Part shown: positions 19,104 to 29,052 of the stretch, one piece after another
Numbering within the stretch: the stretch's first letter is position 1
Layout: every line of letters starts with the position of its first letter
Source of the DNA: an uncultured candidatus Porisulfidus sp.
GTDB taxonomy: Bacteria > Pseudomonadota > Gammaproteobacteria > Poriferisulfidales > Oxydemutatoraceae
Direction: 5' to 3'
Length of the DNA: 64,000 nucleotides
NCBI GenBank assembly: GCA_963693105.1
Contig: OY843752.1
Span: forward strand, 23,315-87,314
Notes under the pieces: model-generated
What the model saw: the letters and a program-made list of their open reading frames with translations, nothing else
The model's database searches: none
What the model was told of the DNA's origin: nothing
Position numbers and translations under genes: made by a program

Positions 19104-20078
19104 TTATTCCGGCGGTATCACGCGCAACAGGCCGGCGATGGGCGTTTTCGGAACCATCTGCACATCGTAATTGATGAAGGCGAGCATGAACTGGCTGCCC
19201 AGAATAATCGACAGGACCGACAGCATAATCGTGCCGACCGGCGTGGTCAGCATGGCCTCGGCGGACTCCATCCACTGTACGGCGCCGAAAGACAAACCGA
19301 AAATCAGCAGCGCGCTTCCAAGCACCAGTTCAATTGAGGCGAGGTTGAAGTCCCTCAAAAAGTAGTTGTAAACGATTCTCTTGAACAGGTTCCGCGTATG
19401 CTTGAGCAGGAAAAGCGGCACCTCGCGGATGGGCCGGATGCCGCTGACCTCGTCGCCGTAGTGACTTCGCATCGGCACGTCCTCGACCACGGCGCGCAGC
19501 ACGCCCAGGCGAAAAAGCATGTCGCTTTCAAAGAAATAGCCGCGGTCAATCTTGTCGTCCGGCAGCGCCCGGAAAACATCGGCGTTGACCGCGAGATAGC
19601 CGTTGTTGGGATCAAAAATATTCCAGTAACCGGTGGACAGTTTCGCGAAAAAAGAAAAGACCGCGTTTCCGAGCACCCGCGACCACGGCATACTTTTCAG
19701 ATTCTCCAGATTGTAAAAGCGGTTGCCCTTGACGTAATCGGCGCGTCCTTTCGCAATCGACTCCACAAACAAAGGCAACATCCGCGGGTCCATCTGGCCG
19801 TCGCCGTCTATCTTGACGAGGATGTCGGCGCCGTCCTCCGCGGCGCGCTTGAAACCGTGCAAGGTCGCGCCGCCGACCCCCTGATTCTCCTCGTTGAACA
19901 AAACCCGCACACGGGCGTCCTTGACCTGCGCGGCGACGTACTCTCCGGTGCGGTCGGGGCAGGCATCGTCCACAACGTAGATGCTGCCGCATGAGGAGGG
20001 AATGCGCTCAATCACGGAGAGAACACGATCCCTGACCCGGTGGCAGGGAATGACGGCGGCAACGCGCGGCTGCTCCAT
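19104..20078 (-). CDS. Family-2 glycosyltransferase with two C-terminal TM helices (GtrB/ArnC-like polyprenyl-phosphate sugar transferase)
   Basis: 'AVIPCHRV', 'VVDDACPD', 'DGDGQMDP' GT-A DxD motifs. C-terminal hydrophobic hairpin. Confidence 0.7.
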   Translation of the reverse strand: MEQPRVAAVIPCHRVRDRVLSVIERIPSSCGSIYVVDDACPDRTGEYVAAQVKDARVRVLFNEENQGVGGATLHGFKRAAEDGADILVKIDGDGQMDPRMLPLFVESIAKGRADYVKGNRFYNLENLKSMPWSRVLGNAVFSFFAKLSTGYWNIFDPNNGYLAVNADVFRALPDDKIDRGYFFESDMLFRLGVLRAVVEDVPMRSHYGDEVSGIRPIREVPLFLLKHTRNLFKRIVYNYFLRDFNLASIELVLGSALLIFGLSFGAVQWMESAEAMLTTPVGTIMLSVLSIILGSQFMLAFINYDVQMVPKTPIAGLLRVIPPE

Positions 20079-21439
20079 TATTTTCTACCCGCTGCCGGCT
20101 GGCGCGACATGATTTCCAGCAACTGTTGGGCAAAGATGCAGTAGATGGGCAGCATCATGCCGCTGATCTGGAGGAAAAACCGGCCCACGTTCGTTCCCAT
20201 CATCGTGAAGGCTACATTCCCCGTGAAATTCGAGATATAGAACACCAAAAACACTATCGCCAGCATATAAATCACCAGTGCCCTGGCACTCATATCCGTC
20301 CGGCTGACCAGGGCAAACAACGCCATCGGGACGAATATCCACCAGAACATATTGAAACTGCCATAGCTGAACAACGCGGAAAAAAAACTGGAAAATGACT
20401 CAGGATCGTACTGTACCTCAAGCAGAGCCTGCATTCTTCCGCCGACATACTGGCTGATAAAATCGCCGGTCAGCAAATAGAGCAGATAGACAACCACGGC
20501 CGCGGCCAGTTGAAACAACAGAATTTTCCTCCATGGATATTTACCCAGCGCGTACAGCCAGTAACTTGCGCCTATCACCGACAATAAAACAAACCACGCC
20601 TTGCCCTCCATCTTGGACAAGGCGCCGCACACGAGGCAGGCGCCCGCGACCAGCAACCAGCAACGTTCAACTTTTCTCCTGTCCAGGTAAAAGAAACAAA
20701 AAACACTGATGGCAGCCATGAAAAAACACGCCACCAGCAAATCATTGAAGCCGGGCCTCAGCGCATGATTCACCGCCAGCGGCACAGAACAAAACAGGTA
20801 GGCGCACGCCAGCGAGGCCGTGGTATGCCGTGTCAGCCGGTAACAGGTATAACCGGAGATGGCCGTGAATGAAAGCCAGGCAAACAGCCACGGCAACGCG
20901 ACCATGCTGTCGTACCAGCGGTCCAGCGGCATTCTCGCCCACGCCGCCAGCATGGACGGGCCAAGCGGAGACGCCGTCCACCCACCCTGAAACACCGTGC
21001 CTTCGCCGATTTTCTTGGCGAGTGAAACATAACCGTCAGGAGCCGCCGCATCCGAATCAATGACGGGATAGTTCAATGCGCCGTAAAAAACCGCTATCCA
21101 CTTGGCGGCAATCAGGAGGATAAAAATCCAGTCTCGCGGCCTGATTGCCGGCACGGTGACAGAGGGCGACGGCGGCGTCCGCAGCCAGAGCACCGCACCC
21201 GCCGCCGTCAGCAACAGCATGGTCGCGATGGCCGCGTAGTTCCAATACATGCTCCACCATCCCATCCCGACGAACAAATAGCCCACCGCGTACAACACGA
21301 CCACGCCCGTCGGCCAGGCGTACGGCAGACAGGGAAGCAGGCGCAGGCGCCGCCCGGAAGTCGCCAGTTGCATCAGGGAAAGGCCGCTCGCCGCCAGCAG
21401 CAAATGGCTCAGCAAAACGGTCAGAAAGACCGCCGTCAT
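20078..21439 (-). CDS. Polytopic membrane protein, possible GT-C fold glycosyltransferase (ArnT/PMT-like) partner of the GT2
   Basis: About 12 predicted TM segments. Start overlaps the upstream gene (ATGA) and the stop abuts the GT2 start. Confidence 0.45.
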   Translation of the reverse strand: MTAVFLTVLLSHLLLAASGLSLMQLATSGRRLRLLPCLPYAWPTGVVVLYAVGYLFVGMGWWSMYWNYAAIATMLLLTAAGAVLWLRTPPSPSVTVPAIRPRDWIFILLIAAKWIAVFYGALNYPVIDSDAAAPDGYVSLAKKIGEGTVFQGGWTASPLGPSMLAAWARMPLDRWYDSMVALPWLFAWLSFTAISGYTCYRLTRHTTASLACAYLFCSVPLAVNHALRPGFNDLLVACFFMAAISVFCFFYLDRRKVERCWLLVAGACLVCGALSKMEGKAWFVLLSVIGASYWLYALGKYPWRKILLFQLAAAVVVYLLYLLTGDFISQYVGGRMQALLEVQYDPESFSSFFSALFSYGSFNMFWWIFVPMALFALVSRTDMSARALVIYMLAIVFLVFYISNFTGNVAFTMMGTNVGRFFLQISGMMLPIYCIFAQQLLEIMSRQPAAGRK

Positions 21440-22800
21440 GGAATCATCCTCAACAAGCGAACATCGGGCGACGATTCATAAAGCGTCTCGACCCTGTATC
21501 TCTTCTCGCTCCCATCCACCAATACCGTCTCCCCGGCGGCATCAACGGTCAGACCCTCAGGATAATAATAAAACAGATATTCAATGTCATCGGCGAGCCA
21601 TTCACCGCCTGTCCTCTGATTCCACAGCGGCCCGACCGCGGCGTAGGTGTGGTTTCGGTACAAAAACTCCAGCCAATTCGCCTCGCCCGGGAAAAATCGT
21701 TTGTGCGGCCACGGAAAGGCGACTTTCGCACCGGCGGGCGCATGTTCCCGAAGGGCCTTGTCGAGTCGCGCGAATTCCTCGTCAAAGCGCGAGGCATACT
21801 CGTCGTAGCGGTCGGCGTGCCATGCCGAAACGGTGCCGGCGAGGCGCGCATGCGCGAACAGACTCCCCATAAACGGAATGTCCAGGGCAAGATACGCGGC
21901 CAGCGCGACGGAGCAGAACCAGACCGCGCTGCGCCGGGTGCGCAGGACCACCAGCGCCAGGCCGGACAACAGCACCGGCAAACCCAGTACCACCAACAGC
22001 GAAAAACCGAGAATGTGGCTGTACGCCCTGTAATTGATCGAATAGACGGTAATCGGCTCGATGGACATGTATTCACGCCACGCCACCGCGAGCAGGTCCG
22101 GCAGAGGCAAAGCCGGCTCCAGCGACACGCTGCGGAAAGTCATGCTGTCCCTCGCGAGCAGGATCAGACTGGAAATACCGGCGTTGACATTCCAGGAAAT
22201 CTTGCCCCGCCAGCGCGCCTGGCCGTGGGTGTTGATAATCACCTCGCTGCGGTGTGCCGGAATTTCGGCCCGCGCCACCTGTTGCGGCTTGATATCCCAG
22301 ATCAGCATGATGTTTCTGGCACGGGGCTGCGGTTCGACGACGATTCTGACATAGGGATAGTCGCGCCAGGTAACGGCGGCAAGATGGTTGCGCGCATCTT
22401 TGCCGGGACCCGACACGACGCCGTAAGCGCCCGCCGCTTTCTCCTTGTCAATCTCGACGGACAGACCGTCGTCGTTCCAGCCCCAGCGCACGGCTTGCGG
22501 ATGACTGGCCTGCAACTTCCAGTCGTTCGCCGCGGAACCGGAAAACGGGTAAACAACCGGAGTCTGGGCCTTCTGGAAGAGCGTGTAGAAAACGGCCAGA
22601 ACGACAATGGCCGCCGTTGCCGTCAAAGCGGCGCGGGCGGCCGTCGGCCACCGCCTGAAACCGCCCCCACTGCCCGGCGCAGCGCCGGGTGGGCGCGACG
22701 GCGCGGCCTGCCCACGCCCATGCGCTTTACGAATCTTTTTCTTTTTCTTGCCTGCCATAATCCATCTCCGGGAACCTGAGGAGGTGCACAAACCTTCCAA
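21436..22800 (-). CDS. Hypothetical membrane-anchored protein (N-terminal Lys-rich stretch plus TM, large extracytoplasmic domain, central TM pair)
   Basis: First gene of a three-gene overlapping operon. No recognisable catalytic motif. An alternative start lies at the Met 14 codons in. Confidence 0.4.
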   Translation of the reverse strand: MEGLCTSSGSRRWIMAGKKKKKIRKAHGRGQAAPSRPPGAAPGSGGGFRRWPTAARAALTATAAIVVLAVFYTLFQKAQTPVVYPFSGSAANDWKLQASHPQAVRWGWNDDGLSVEIDKEKAAGAYGVVSGPGKDARNHLAAVTWRDYPYVRIVVEPQPRARNIMLIWDIKPQQVARAEIPAHRSEVIINTHGQARWRGKISWNVNAGISSLILLARDSMTFRSVSLEPALPLPDLLAVAWREYMSIEPITVYSINYRAYSHILGFSLLVVLGLPVLLSGLALVVLRTRRSAVWFCSVALAAYLALDIPFMGSLFAHARLAGTVSAWHADRYDEYASRFDEEFARLDKALREHAPAGAKVAFPWPHKRFFPGEANWLEFLYRNHTYAAVGPLWNQRTGGEWLADDIEYLFYYYPEGLTVDAAGETVLVDGSEKRYRVETLYESSPDVRLLRMIP

Positions 22801-22858
22801 CAGATTCTATTTCCCTGCTATAATAATATACTACCAACAACCAACCGAATGATGAATC

Positions 22859-23251
22859 ATGGCAAGAGTTACTGTTGAAGATTGTCTCGACAAACTGGGC
22901 AACCACTTCAAAGTGGTGCAAGTGGCGGGACACAGGGCGCGTCAACTGGAAATAGGATCCGCCCCCAAAGTCGAGCCGGACGGCGACAAGTCCACGGTCA
23001 TTGCACTGCGCGAAATCGCCGGGGGTCTGATTACAGAAGAGGTCCTGGATGAACCCGTCATCGATTCCGCGGATCTCGACAGCGAGCTGTCGCAACTGTT
23101 CACCAAAGTGGAGCCCGGCCCGATGATGGCCATTGAGGAGCCTGCCGAGAAAATCGAAAGCGACGACCAGGGAACCGGGGGAACCAGTGACGCCGCGGAA
23201 ATCAGTGACGCCGGAGACGCCGAAAAAACCGAAGAAACACCGGAGGAGTAA
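22859..23251 (+). CDS. rpoZ: DNA-directed RNA polymerase omega subunit
   Basis: 'MARVTVEDCLDKLGNHFKVVQVAGHRARQ' aligns with E. coli RpoZ. Followed by spoT. Confidence 0.9.
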   Translation: MARVTVEDCLDKLGNHFKVVQVAGHRARQLEIGSAPKVEPDGDKSTVIALREIAGGLITEEVLDEPVIDSADLDSELSQLFTKVEPGPMMAIEEPAEKIESDDQGTGGTSDAAEISDAGDAEKTEETPEE

Positions 23252-23276
23252 AACTCGCCGGTGACGTTGGCGGCCG

Positions 23277-25499
23277 ATGAGCGTTGCGCGCAACTCCGAG
23301 GTTAAGAGCGCGCCCCCCATGTCGGCGGCGGATGCCGCCGCCGTTCCCGCCGAAGACTACTTTCTCGCCTCCGACCTGCGCGACACGCTCGGCGAATACC
23401 TGAGCGCCCCGGAAATCGCGGACATTCACAAAGCCTGCCGCTTCGGCGCACAGGCGCACACCGGCCAGACGCGCCGTTCCGGCGAGCCGTATATCCACCA
23501 CCCCATCGAAGTCGCGCGGACCATGGCCGGGCTTCGCCTCGACAAGGTCACCATCACCGCCGGCCTGCTGCACGACGTGCTCGAAGACACGCACGTGACC
23601 CGGCAGAAACTGCGCGCGGAATTCGGCGAGGAAGTCGCGCGGGTGGTCGAGGGCGTGAGCAAACTTCAAGGGCTGGATTTCGAGAGTGTCGAGCTCGAGC
23701 AGGCGGAGAATTTCCAGAAGATGATGCTGGCCGTGGCCATGGATTTGCGCGTCATCCTCGTCAAGATCGCGGACCGCCTGCACAACATGCGCACCCTGCA
23801 CCACATGCCGCCGCACCGGCAAAAAGCCATCGCCAGGGAAACACTCGAAATCTACGCGCCGCTGGCGCTGCGCCTCGGCATGGGCGAGGTGCGCCTGGAG
23901 TTCGAGGACCTGGCGTTCAAGACGCTCTACCCGCGGCGCCACCGGGCGCTCGCCAAAGGCGTCCGCGAACGCGCCGGCAACCGTCTCGAATTGATGGAAA
24001 AAACCATCGCCAGAATACGCCTCTACCTGGAAGAATCCGGCATCCCCTGCCGGGTGCAGGGGCGGCAGAAACACCTGTACAGCATTTACCGCAAGATGAA
24101 GGAAAAAAATCTTTCATTTTCCGAAGTGCTGGACATCTTCGCGGTGCGCCTGGTGGTGAACAACGTCGAGGACTGCTACCGCGCGCTCGGCCTGATGCAC
24201 AATTTCTACAAGCCGGTGCCGGGCCGCTTCAAGGATTACATCGCCATCCCCAAGGCCAACGGCTACCAGTCGCTGCACACGATACTGTTCGGCCCGCAAG
24301 GCGTGCTGATGGAAACGCAAATCCGCACCCGCGAGATGGACGAGGTGGCGCAGACCGGCATCGCCGCCTACGCACTCTACAAAATCAACGACTCCAACCG
24401 TTTCGCCGGCACCGTCAAAACGCAGGAATGGCTGCAAAACCTGTTCAGTTTTCAGCAGGGTTCGAACGATTCGCTGGAGTTCATGGAGCACCTGAAAGCC
24501 GACTTGATACCGGACGACATCTACGTGTTCACGCCGGCGGGCGAAATCATGTCGCTGCCGAGAAAAGCGACGGCGCTCGACTTTGCGTTCGCCGTACACA
24601 CCGATCTCGGCCTGTCGGCGAGCGGCGTCAGAATCAACAAGCGCCTCAGCATGTTGAGCACCCGGCTGCAAAGCGGGCAGACCGTGGATATCATCGTATC
24701 GGACAACGCGAGGCCGAATCCCGGCTGGCTCAGCTTCGCCGTCACCGCCAAGGCGCGCTCCGCAATCCGGCATTACCTGAAAAACATCCGCGACGACGAG
24801 GCCGCCAAACTCGGCAAACACCTGCTGAACGAGGCGCTGCGCAACTACCAGACCAGCCTCGGAGAAATAGAGAAAGGCTGGTTCGACAAAATTCTCGGCC
24901 TGCTCGGCATCGCCGGGCGCGACGCCTTGTTCCGCGAAATCGGGATGGGCAACCAGATTCCCCAGTTGATCGCGGCGCGCCTCGCCGACTCCGAGCGGAT
25001 GGCGGAACGACCGGTGGAAATCGCCCGCTCCACCGTGCTCAGGGGCGCCAGGGGCCTCGTCGTGGCCTACGCCAAGTGCTGCTATCCCATCCCGGAGGAC
25101 ACGGTCATCGGCATTATGAATCCGGGCAGGGGGCTGGTCGTGCACCGCGACGGCTGTCCGAACGCGACGGCGGCGCGCAAGAGAAAAGACAGCGTGATTC
25201 CGCTGCAATGGACCGGCGAGAACGCGCCGGACGACGAATACTCCGCCGCGATTCGCGCCGTCACCCGCCACCAGCGCGGCGTGCTCGCAAGCATCGCCGC
25301 CAGGGTCGCCGCGATGGGCTCGAACATCGAAAACATTTCATTCGAGGAATACGGCACCGAGACGGCGGCGATTACCTTCGTCATCAGCGTAAGCAGCAAA
25401 ACGCAACTCGAGAAAATCATGCGCAAGATCGTTCACGCGGTCAAGGGCACCAAAGTTCACAGAATCGGCTTCCGCGAGGAAACCGGCCCGACTCATTAA
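23277..25499 (+). CDS. spoT: Bifunctional (p)ppGpp synthetase/hydrolase
   Basis: HD domain 'HDVLEDT'. RelA/SpoT synthetase, TGS and ACT regions. rpoZ-spoT synteny. Confidence 0.85.
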   Translation: MSVARNSEVKSAPPMSAADAAAVPAEDYFLASDLRDTLGEYLSAPEIADIHKACRFGAQAHTGQTRRSGEPYIHHPIEVARTMAGLRLDKVTITAGLLHDVLEDTHVTRQKLRAEFGEEVARVVEGVSKLQGLDFESVELEQAENFQKMMLAVAMDLRVILVKIADRLHNMRTLHHMPPHRQKAIARETLEIYAPLALRLGMGEVRLEFEDLAFKTLYPRRHRALAKGVRERAGNRLELMEKTIARIRLYLEESGIPCRVQGRQKHLYSIYRKMKEKNLSFSEVLDIFAVRLVVNNVEDCYRALGLMHNFYKPVPGRFKDYIAIPKANGYQSLHTILFGPQGVLMETQIRTREMDEVAQTGIAAYALYKINDSNRFAGTVKTQEWLQNLFSFQQGSNDSLEFMEHLKADLIPDDIYVFTPAGEIMSLPRKATALDFAFAVHTDLGLSASGVRINKRLSMLSTRLQSGQTVDIIVSDNARPNPGWLSFAVTAKARSAIRHYLKNIRDDEAAKLGKHLLNEALRNYQTSLGEIEKGWFDKILGLLGIAGRDALFREIGMGNQIPQLIAARLADSERMAERPVEIARSTVLRGARGLVVAYAKCCYPIPEDTVIGIMNPGRGLVVHRDGCPNATAARKRKDSVIPLQWTGENAPDDEYSAAIRAVTRHQRGVLASIAARVAAMGSNIENISFEEYGTETAAITFVISVSSKTQLEKIMRKIVHAVKGTKVHRIGFREETGPTH

Positions 25500-25512
25500 C
25501 ACGGGAGGCACG

Positions 25513-25896
25513 ATGAGCAGAAAAATAATAAAGACCCGCCATGCGCCGCAGGCGATCGGCACGTATTCCCAGGCGGTTCAAGCCGGGGACACGGTGTACC
25601 TCTCCGGCCAGATTCCGCTGGATCCGAAGACGATGAAACCGGTCGGGGGAGACATCCGGATGCAGGCGCACCAGGTGTTCGTCAACTTGGCGGCGGTCGC
25701 CGACGCCGCCGGCGGCAGTCTTGCCGACATCGTCAAACTCAGCATCTATCTCGTCAACCTGAAGGATTTTCCGATCATCAACGAGGTCATGAGCGAGTAT
25801 TTCAAGGAACCTTATCCTGCAAGAGCCACGGTCGGCGTCGCCGCGCTACCCAAAGACGCCGGCGTTGAAATCGAAGCGATGATGCACCTGGGCTGA
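25513..25896 (+). CDS. ridA: RidA/YjgF-family reactive intermediate deaminase
   Basis: 127 aa. 'AVAALPKDAGVEIEAMM' C-terminal signature. Confidence 0.8.
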   Translation: MSRKIIKTRHAPQAIGTYSQAVQAGDTVYLSGQIPLDPKTMKPVGGDIRMQAHQVFVNLAAVADAAGGSLADIVKLSIYLVNLKDFPIINEVMSEYFKEPYPARATVGVAALPKDAGVEIEAMMHLG

Positions 25897-25925
25897 CCGC
25901 GCGCACCGCGCCGACCCGCCCCGCA

Positions 25926-28004
25926 ATGAAGGTTACGGAACTCAAGGGAGTCGGCCCCGGTGTCGCCGCCCGCCTCGAAAAGCTTGGCCTGCATTCCATC
26001 GAGGACCTGCTGTTTCACTTTCCGCTGCGCTACCAGGACAAGACGCGGGTCGTGCCGATCGGCGGCCTGACGCCGGGGCAGCCGGCGCTGATCGAAGGCC
26101 GCGTGGAATCGGCGCAGGTCGCCTACACCGGGCGGCGCGTGCTGGTGGTGCGGGTGTCCGACCAAAGCGGCTGGCTGCAGCTGCGGTTCTTCCATTTTTC
26201 CATGGCGCAAAAAGCCGGCTTCAAGCCGGGGCAGAAACTCTACGCCTACGGCGAAGTGCGCGCCGCGCGCGCCGCGCTCGAAATCATTCATCCCGAATAC
26301 CGCCTGATTGGCGACGCCCAGTCGGCGCTCACCGAGGCGCACTATACGCCGGTCTATCCCACGACCGAGGGACTGCATCAAAAAAGTCTGCGCCGGCTGA
26401 CGCAGGCCGCCGTCGAGTGGCTCCGCAAGCCCGGCAACGAACTGGAAGAACTGCTGCCCGACGAGTGGGCGGGCCAACTGGCCGACGGCGCCGGCGCGAT
26501 TTCCACCCAGGAGGCGATTTGCCTGTTTCACAAGCCGCCCGCCGGAACCGATCTGGCGGCGCTGACCGAGGGCCGCCACCCGGCGCGCAAACGCCTCGTG
26601 TTCGAGGAGCTGCTCGCCAACATCCTGAGTCTCAAGCGGCTGCGCGCCAAACACCGCCGCTACAAGGCCGAGGCGCTGGTCTGCGAGGGCCGCCTGTTCG
26701 AGAAACTGGTGGCGGGCCTTCCGTTCACGCTGACCGGCGCCCAGAACAAGGTCATCGGCGAGATTCTCGAAGACGTGCGCGTATCCTCGCCGATGATGCG
26801 CCTGGTGCAAGGCGATGTCGGCTCGGGCAAGACGGTGGTCGCCACCGCCGCGCTGCTGCAGGCCATCGAGAGCGGCTTTCAGGCGGCGCTGATGGCGCCG
26901 ACCGAAATCCTCGCCGAGCAGCACTTCAACAACCTGCACGAATGGCTCGAACCACTGGGCGTGCGCGTGTGCGTGGTGTCGGCGCGCCAGAAAGCGCGCG
27001 TACGGCAGGCGGCCCTGAGGCAGATACGCCAGGGCCAGGCGCAACTGGTCACGGGAACGCACGCGCTGTTCCAGGAAGCGGTTGATTTCTCGCGCCTCGC
27101 GCTGATTGTCGTGGACGAGCAGCATCGTTTCGGCGTGCACCAACGGCTGCTGCTGAAAGAAAAGGGAGCGCACGGCGACTTCCAGCCGCACCAGTTGATT
27201 ATGACGGCGACCCCCATTCCCAGAAGCCTGGCGATGACGATGTACGCCGATCTCGACTACTCCGTCATTGACGCCCTGCCGCCCGGACGCAAGCGAATCA
27301 AAACCGTCGCACTGCCGGAACAACGCCGCGACGAGGTAATCGAACGCCTGCATGAATCGTGCCGCAACGGCGTGCAGGCGTACTGGGTGTGCCCGCTGAT
27401 CGAAGAATCCGAGTCGCTGCAATGCCGCGCCGCCGAGGAAAGCCACCGCTATTTGAGCGGCGTCATGCCCGGCTTCAAACTGGGTCTGATACACGGCAAC
27501 CTCGGCGGCGACGAGAAAGAGTCGGTCATGCGCGCCTTCAAGGGCGGCGAAATCAACGTGCTGGTGGCGACCACCGTCATCGAGGTGGGCGTGGACGTGC
27601 CGAACGCGACGCTGATGATCATCGACAACGCCGAGCGCCTGGGGCTGGCGCAACTCCATCAATTGCGGGGCCGCGTCGGACGCGGCGAACGGCAGAGCAC
27701 CTGCGTCCTGATTTACTCGCCGCCGCTGTCGGAAAAGGCGGCGCGGCGCATCGGCATCATGCGCAAATCCAGCGACGGCTTCGAGATCGCCGCCGAAGAC
27801 ATGCGGCTGCGCGGCCCGGGCGAGATTCTGGGAACCCGCCAGGCCGGACAGATTCATTTCAGGGTGGCCGACCTGTCGCAGGACGCCGGGCAGATTCAGC
27901 AGGTGTTGAAAATGGCCGACGATTTCGCCGGGCAATACCCGCGCCACGCCGAAAAAATGATCGAGCGGTGGCTCGGCAGGTTTTCCAGGTACGCCGAGGT
28001 GTAA
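25926..28004 (+). CDS. recG: ATP-dependent DNA helicase RecG
   Basis: Wedge domain N-terminus. Walker A 'GDVGSGKT', DEQH box 'VVDEQHRFG', motif VI 'QLRGRVGRG'. Confidence 0.9.
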   Translation: MKVTELKGVGPGVAARLEKLGLHSIEDLLFHFPLRYQDKTRVVPIGGLTPGQPALIEGRVESAQVAYTGRRVLVVRVSDQSGWLQLRFFHFSMAQKAGFKPGQKLYAYGEVRAARAALEIIHPEYRLIGDAQSALTEAHYTPVYPTTEGLHQKSLRRLTQAAVEWLRKPGNELEELLPDEWAGQLADGAGAISTQEAICLFHKPPAGTDLAALTEGRHPARKRLVFEELLANILSLKRLRAKHRRYKAEALVCEGRLFEKLVAGLPFTLTGAQNKVIGEILEDVRVSSPMMRLVQGDVGSGKTVVATAALLQAIESGFQAALMAPTEILAEQHFNNLHEWLEPLGVRVCVVSARQKARVRQAALRQIRQGQAQLVTGTHALFQEAVDFSRLALIVVDEQHRFGVHQRLLLKEKGAHGDFQPHQLIMTATPIPRSLAMTMYADLDYSVIDALPPGRKRIKTVALPEQRRDEVIERLHESCRNGVQAYWVCPLIEESESLQCRAAEESHRYLSGVMPGFKLGLIHGNLGGDEKESVMRAFKGGEINVLVATTVIEVGVDVPNATLMIIDNAERLGLAQLHQLRGRVGRGERQSTCVLIYSPPLSEKAARRIGIMRKSSDGFEIAAEDMRLRGPGEILGTRQAGQIHFRVADLSQDAGQIQQVLKMADDFAGQYPRHAEKMIERWLGRFSRYAEV

Positions 28005-28295
28005 TCAGCCGAAAGTGCCGACGGCCATTGTCACCACAAAGACGACGAACAACAGCGCCAGCGCGGCAAACGCCGCCCTGGCCCGGCCGCAGCCGCGCGC
28101 CTCGCGCCACGTGACCGCGCCGAACGCCAGACCGGCGACGGTGGCGCCGAACGCGGCCCAGTAAAGCGCAAACACGCAGTCGCTGCGGCAGGCGCGCGCG
28201 TCGAAAGTCCCCGACAACAACTGCATCACCAGCACGACGGTCAGCAGCCAGCCGACAACGGCGCATGAAAGCAGCACTGTGTTTTTGATGTTCAC
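28005..28295 (-). CDS. Small hypothetical membrane protein (96 aa, 3 TM)
   Basis: Hydrophobic ORF immediately 3' of recG on the opposite strand. Host-like GC. Confidence 0.3.
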   Translation of the reverse strand: MNIKNTVLLSCAVVGWLLTVVLVMQLLSGTFDARACRSDCVFALYWAAFGATVAGLAFGAVTWREARGCGRARAAFAALALLFVVFVVTMAVGTFG

Positions 28296-28341
28296 CGTGC
28301 CGGGCCCGGCGAACTTTCCGCCACAGTTTCTTTTGCTATAT

Positions 28342-29049
28342 TCATTTCAATATCTCCGTCAATTGCCTTACGGCCCTTTCCAGATTCTCATACAAAAGCG
28401 GTTTATAATATTTTCCCCTGTGAATCTCCTGCTTCACTTTTCTCTCACCTTCCAATAAGGTGATAATCTCAATCTTCACATCTTCAAAAAAAGACATCAG
28501 TGTATGCGTCGAGAAACTGCCCAATGTTACCTCGCTCAACTTGGAATAATCACCACCGAGTTGGCTTTCAAGCTGCACCAGTGCAAACTTCAATGCCGGA
28601 AATTGAGTTTTCAACAACCATGCATCAAAAAGTATACGTTTGAACATTGCATTTTCGGCATAGGCTTTGCACTCTATGGATAAGAGAAATTCATCTCTTT
28701 CATAAACACTGACATCTTGACTTATTTTGTAATTAATTTCTTGAAGATGATCTTTTAAGTAGTTTCTGACTTCCTCATTGGAGAGGTTCTCTACGTATTT
28801 GCGATTGATGGGAACCATGTATTTCCCTCTCGAGAAAATCAAATCATCAGGCTCTTTGCCCAGTTTTAGCCATGCTGCCATAACAAGTTTTTGAGTAATA
28901 TCCTCGACCAGTTTCCCCTTTCCCTGCCTTAGCATCCCTCCTGGCGCTCTGGTCTTTTGTCCCTGAGATTCTTCCCACATATTCTGAACGGTCTGCTTAT
29001 ATGCCTCCACTATGCCATTCAATATCTCCCTGTAACTATGATTCACCAT
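28342..29049 (-). CDS. Putative Type II restriction endonuclease (PD-ExK)
   Basis: 'YERDEFLLSIECKAY' D...E-x-K core. AT-rich. Stop/start abuts the upstream methyltransferase on the same strand. Confidence 0.5.
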   Translation of the reverse strand: MVNHSYREILNGIVEAYKQTVQNMWEESQGQKTRAPGGMLRQGKGKLVEDITQKLVMAAWLKLGKEPDDLIFSRGKYMVPINRKYVENLSNEEVRNYLKDHLQEINYKISQDVSVYERDEFLLSIECKAYAENAMFKRILFDAWLLKTQFPALKFALVQLESQLGGDYSKLSEVTLGSFSTHTLMSFFEDVKIEIITLLEGERKVKQEIHRGKYYKPLLYENLERAVRQLTEILK

Positions 29050-29052
29050 GAC

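Noticed and set aside
25812-27947. 711-aa minus-strand ORF covering recG
   Set aside because: Antisense GC-skew artefact. recG on the plus strand has all helicase motifs.
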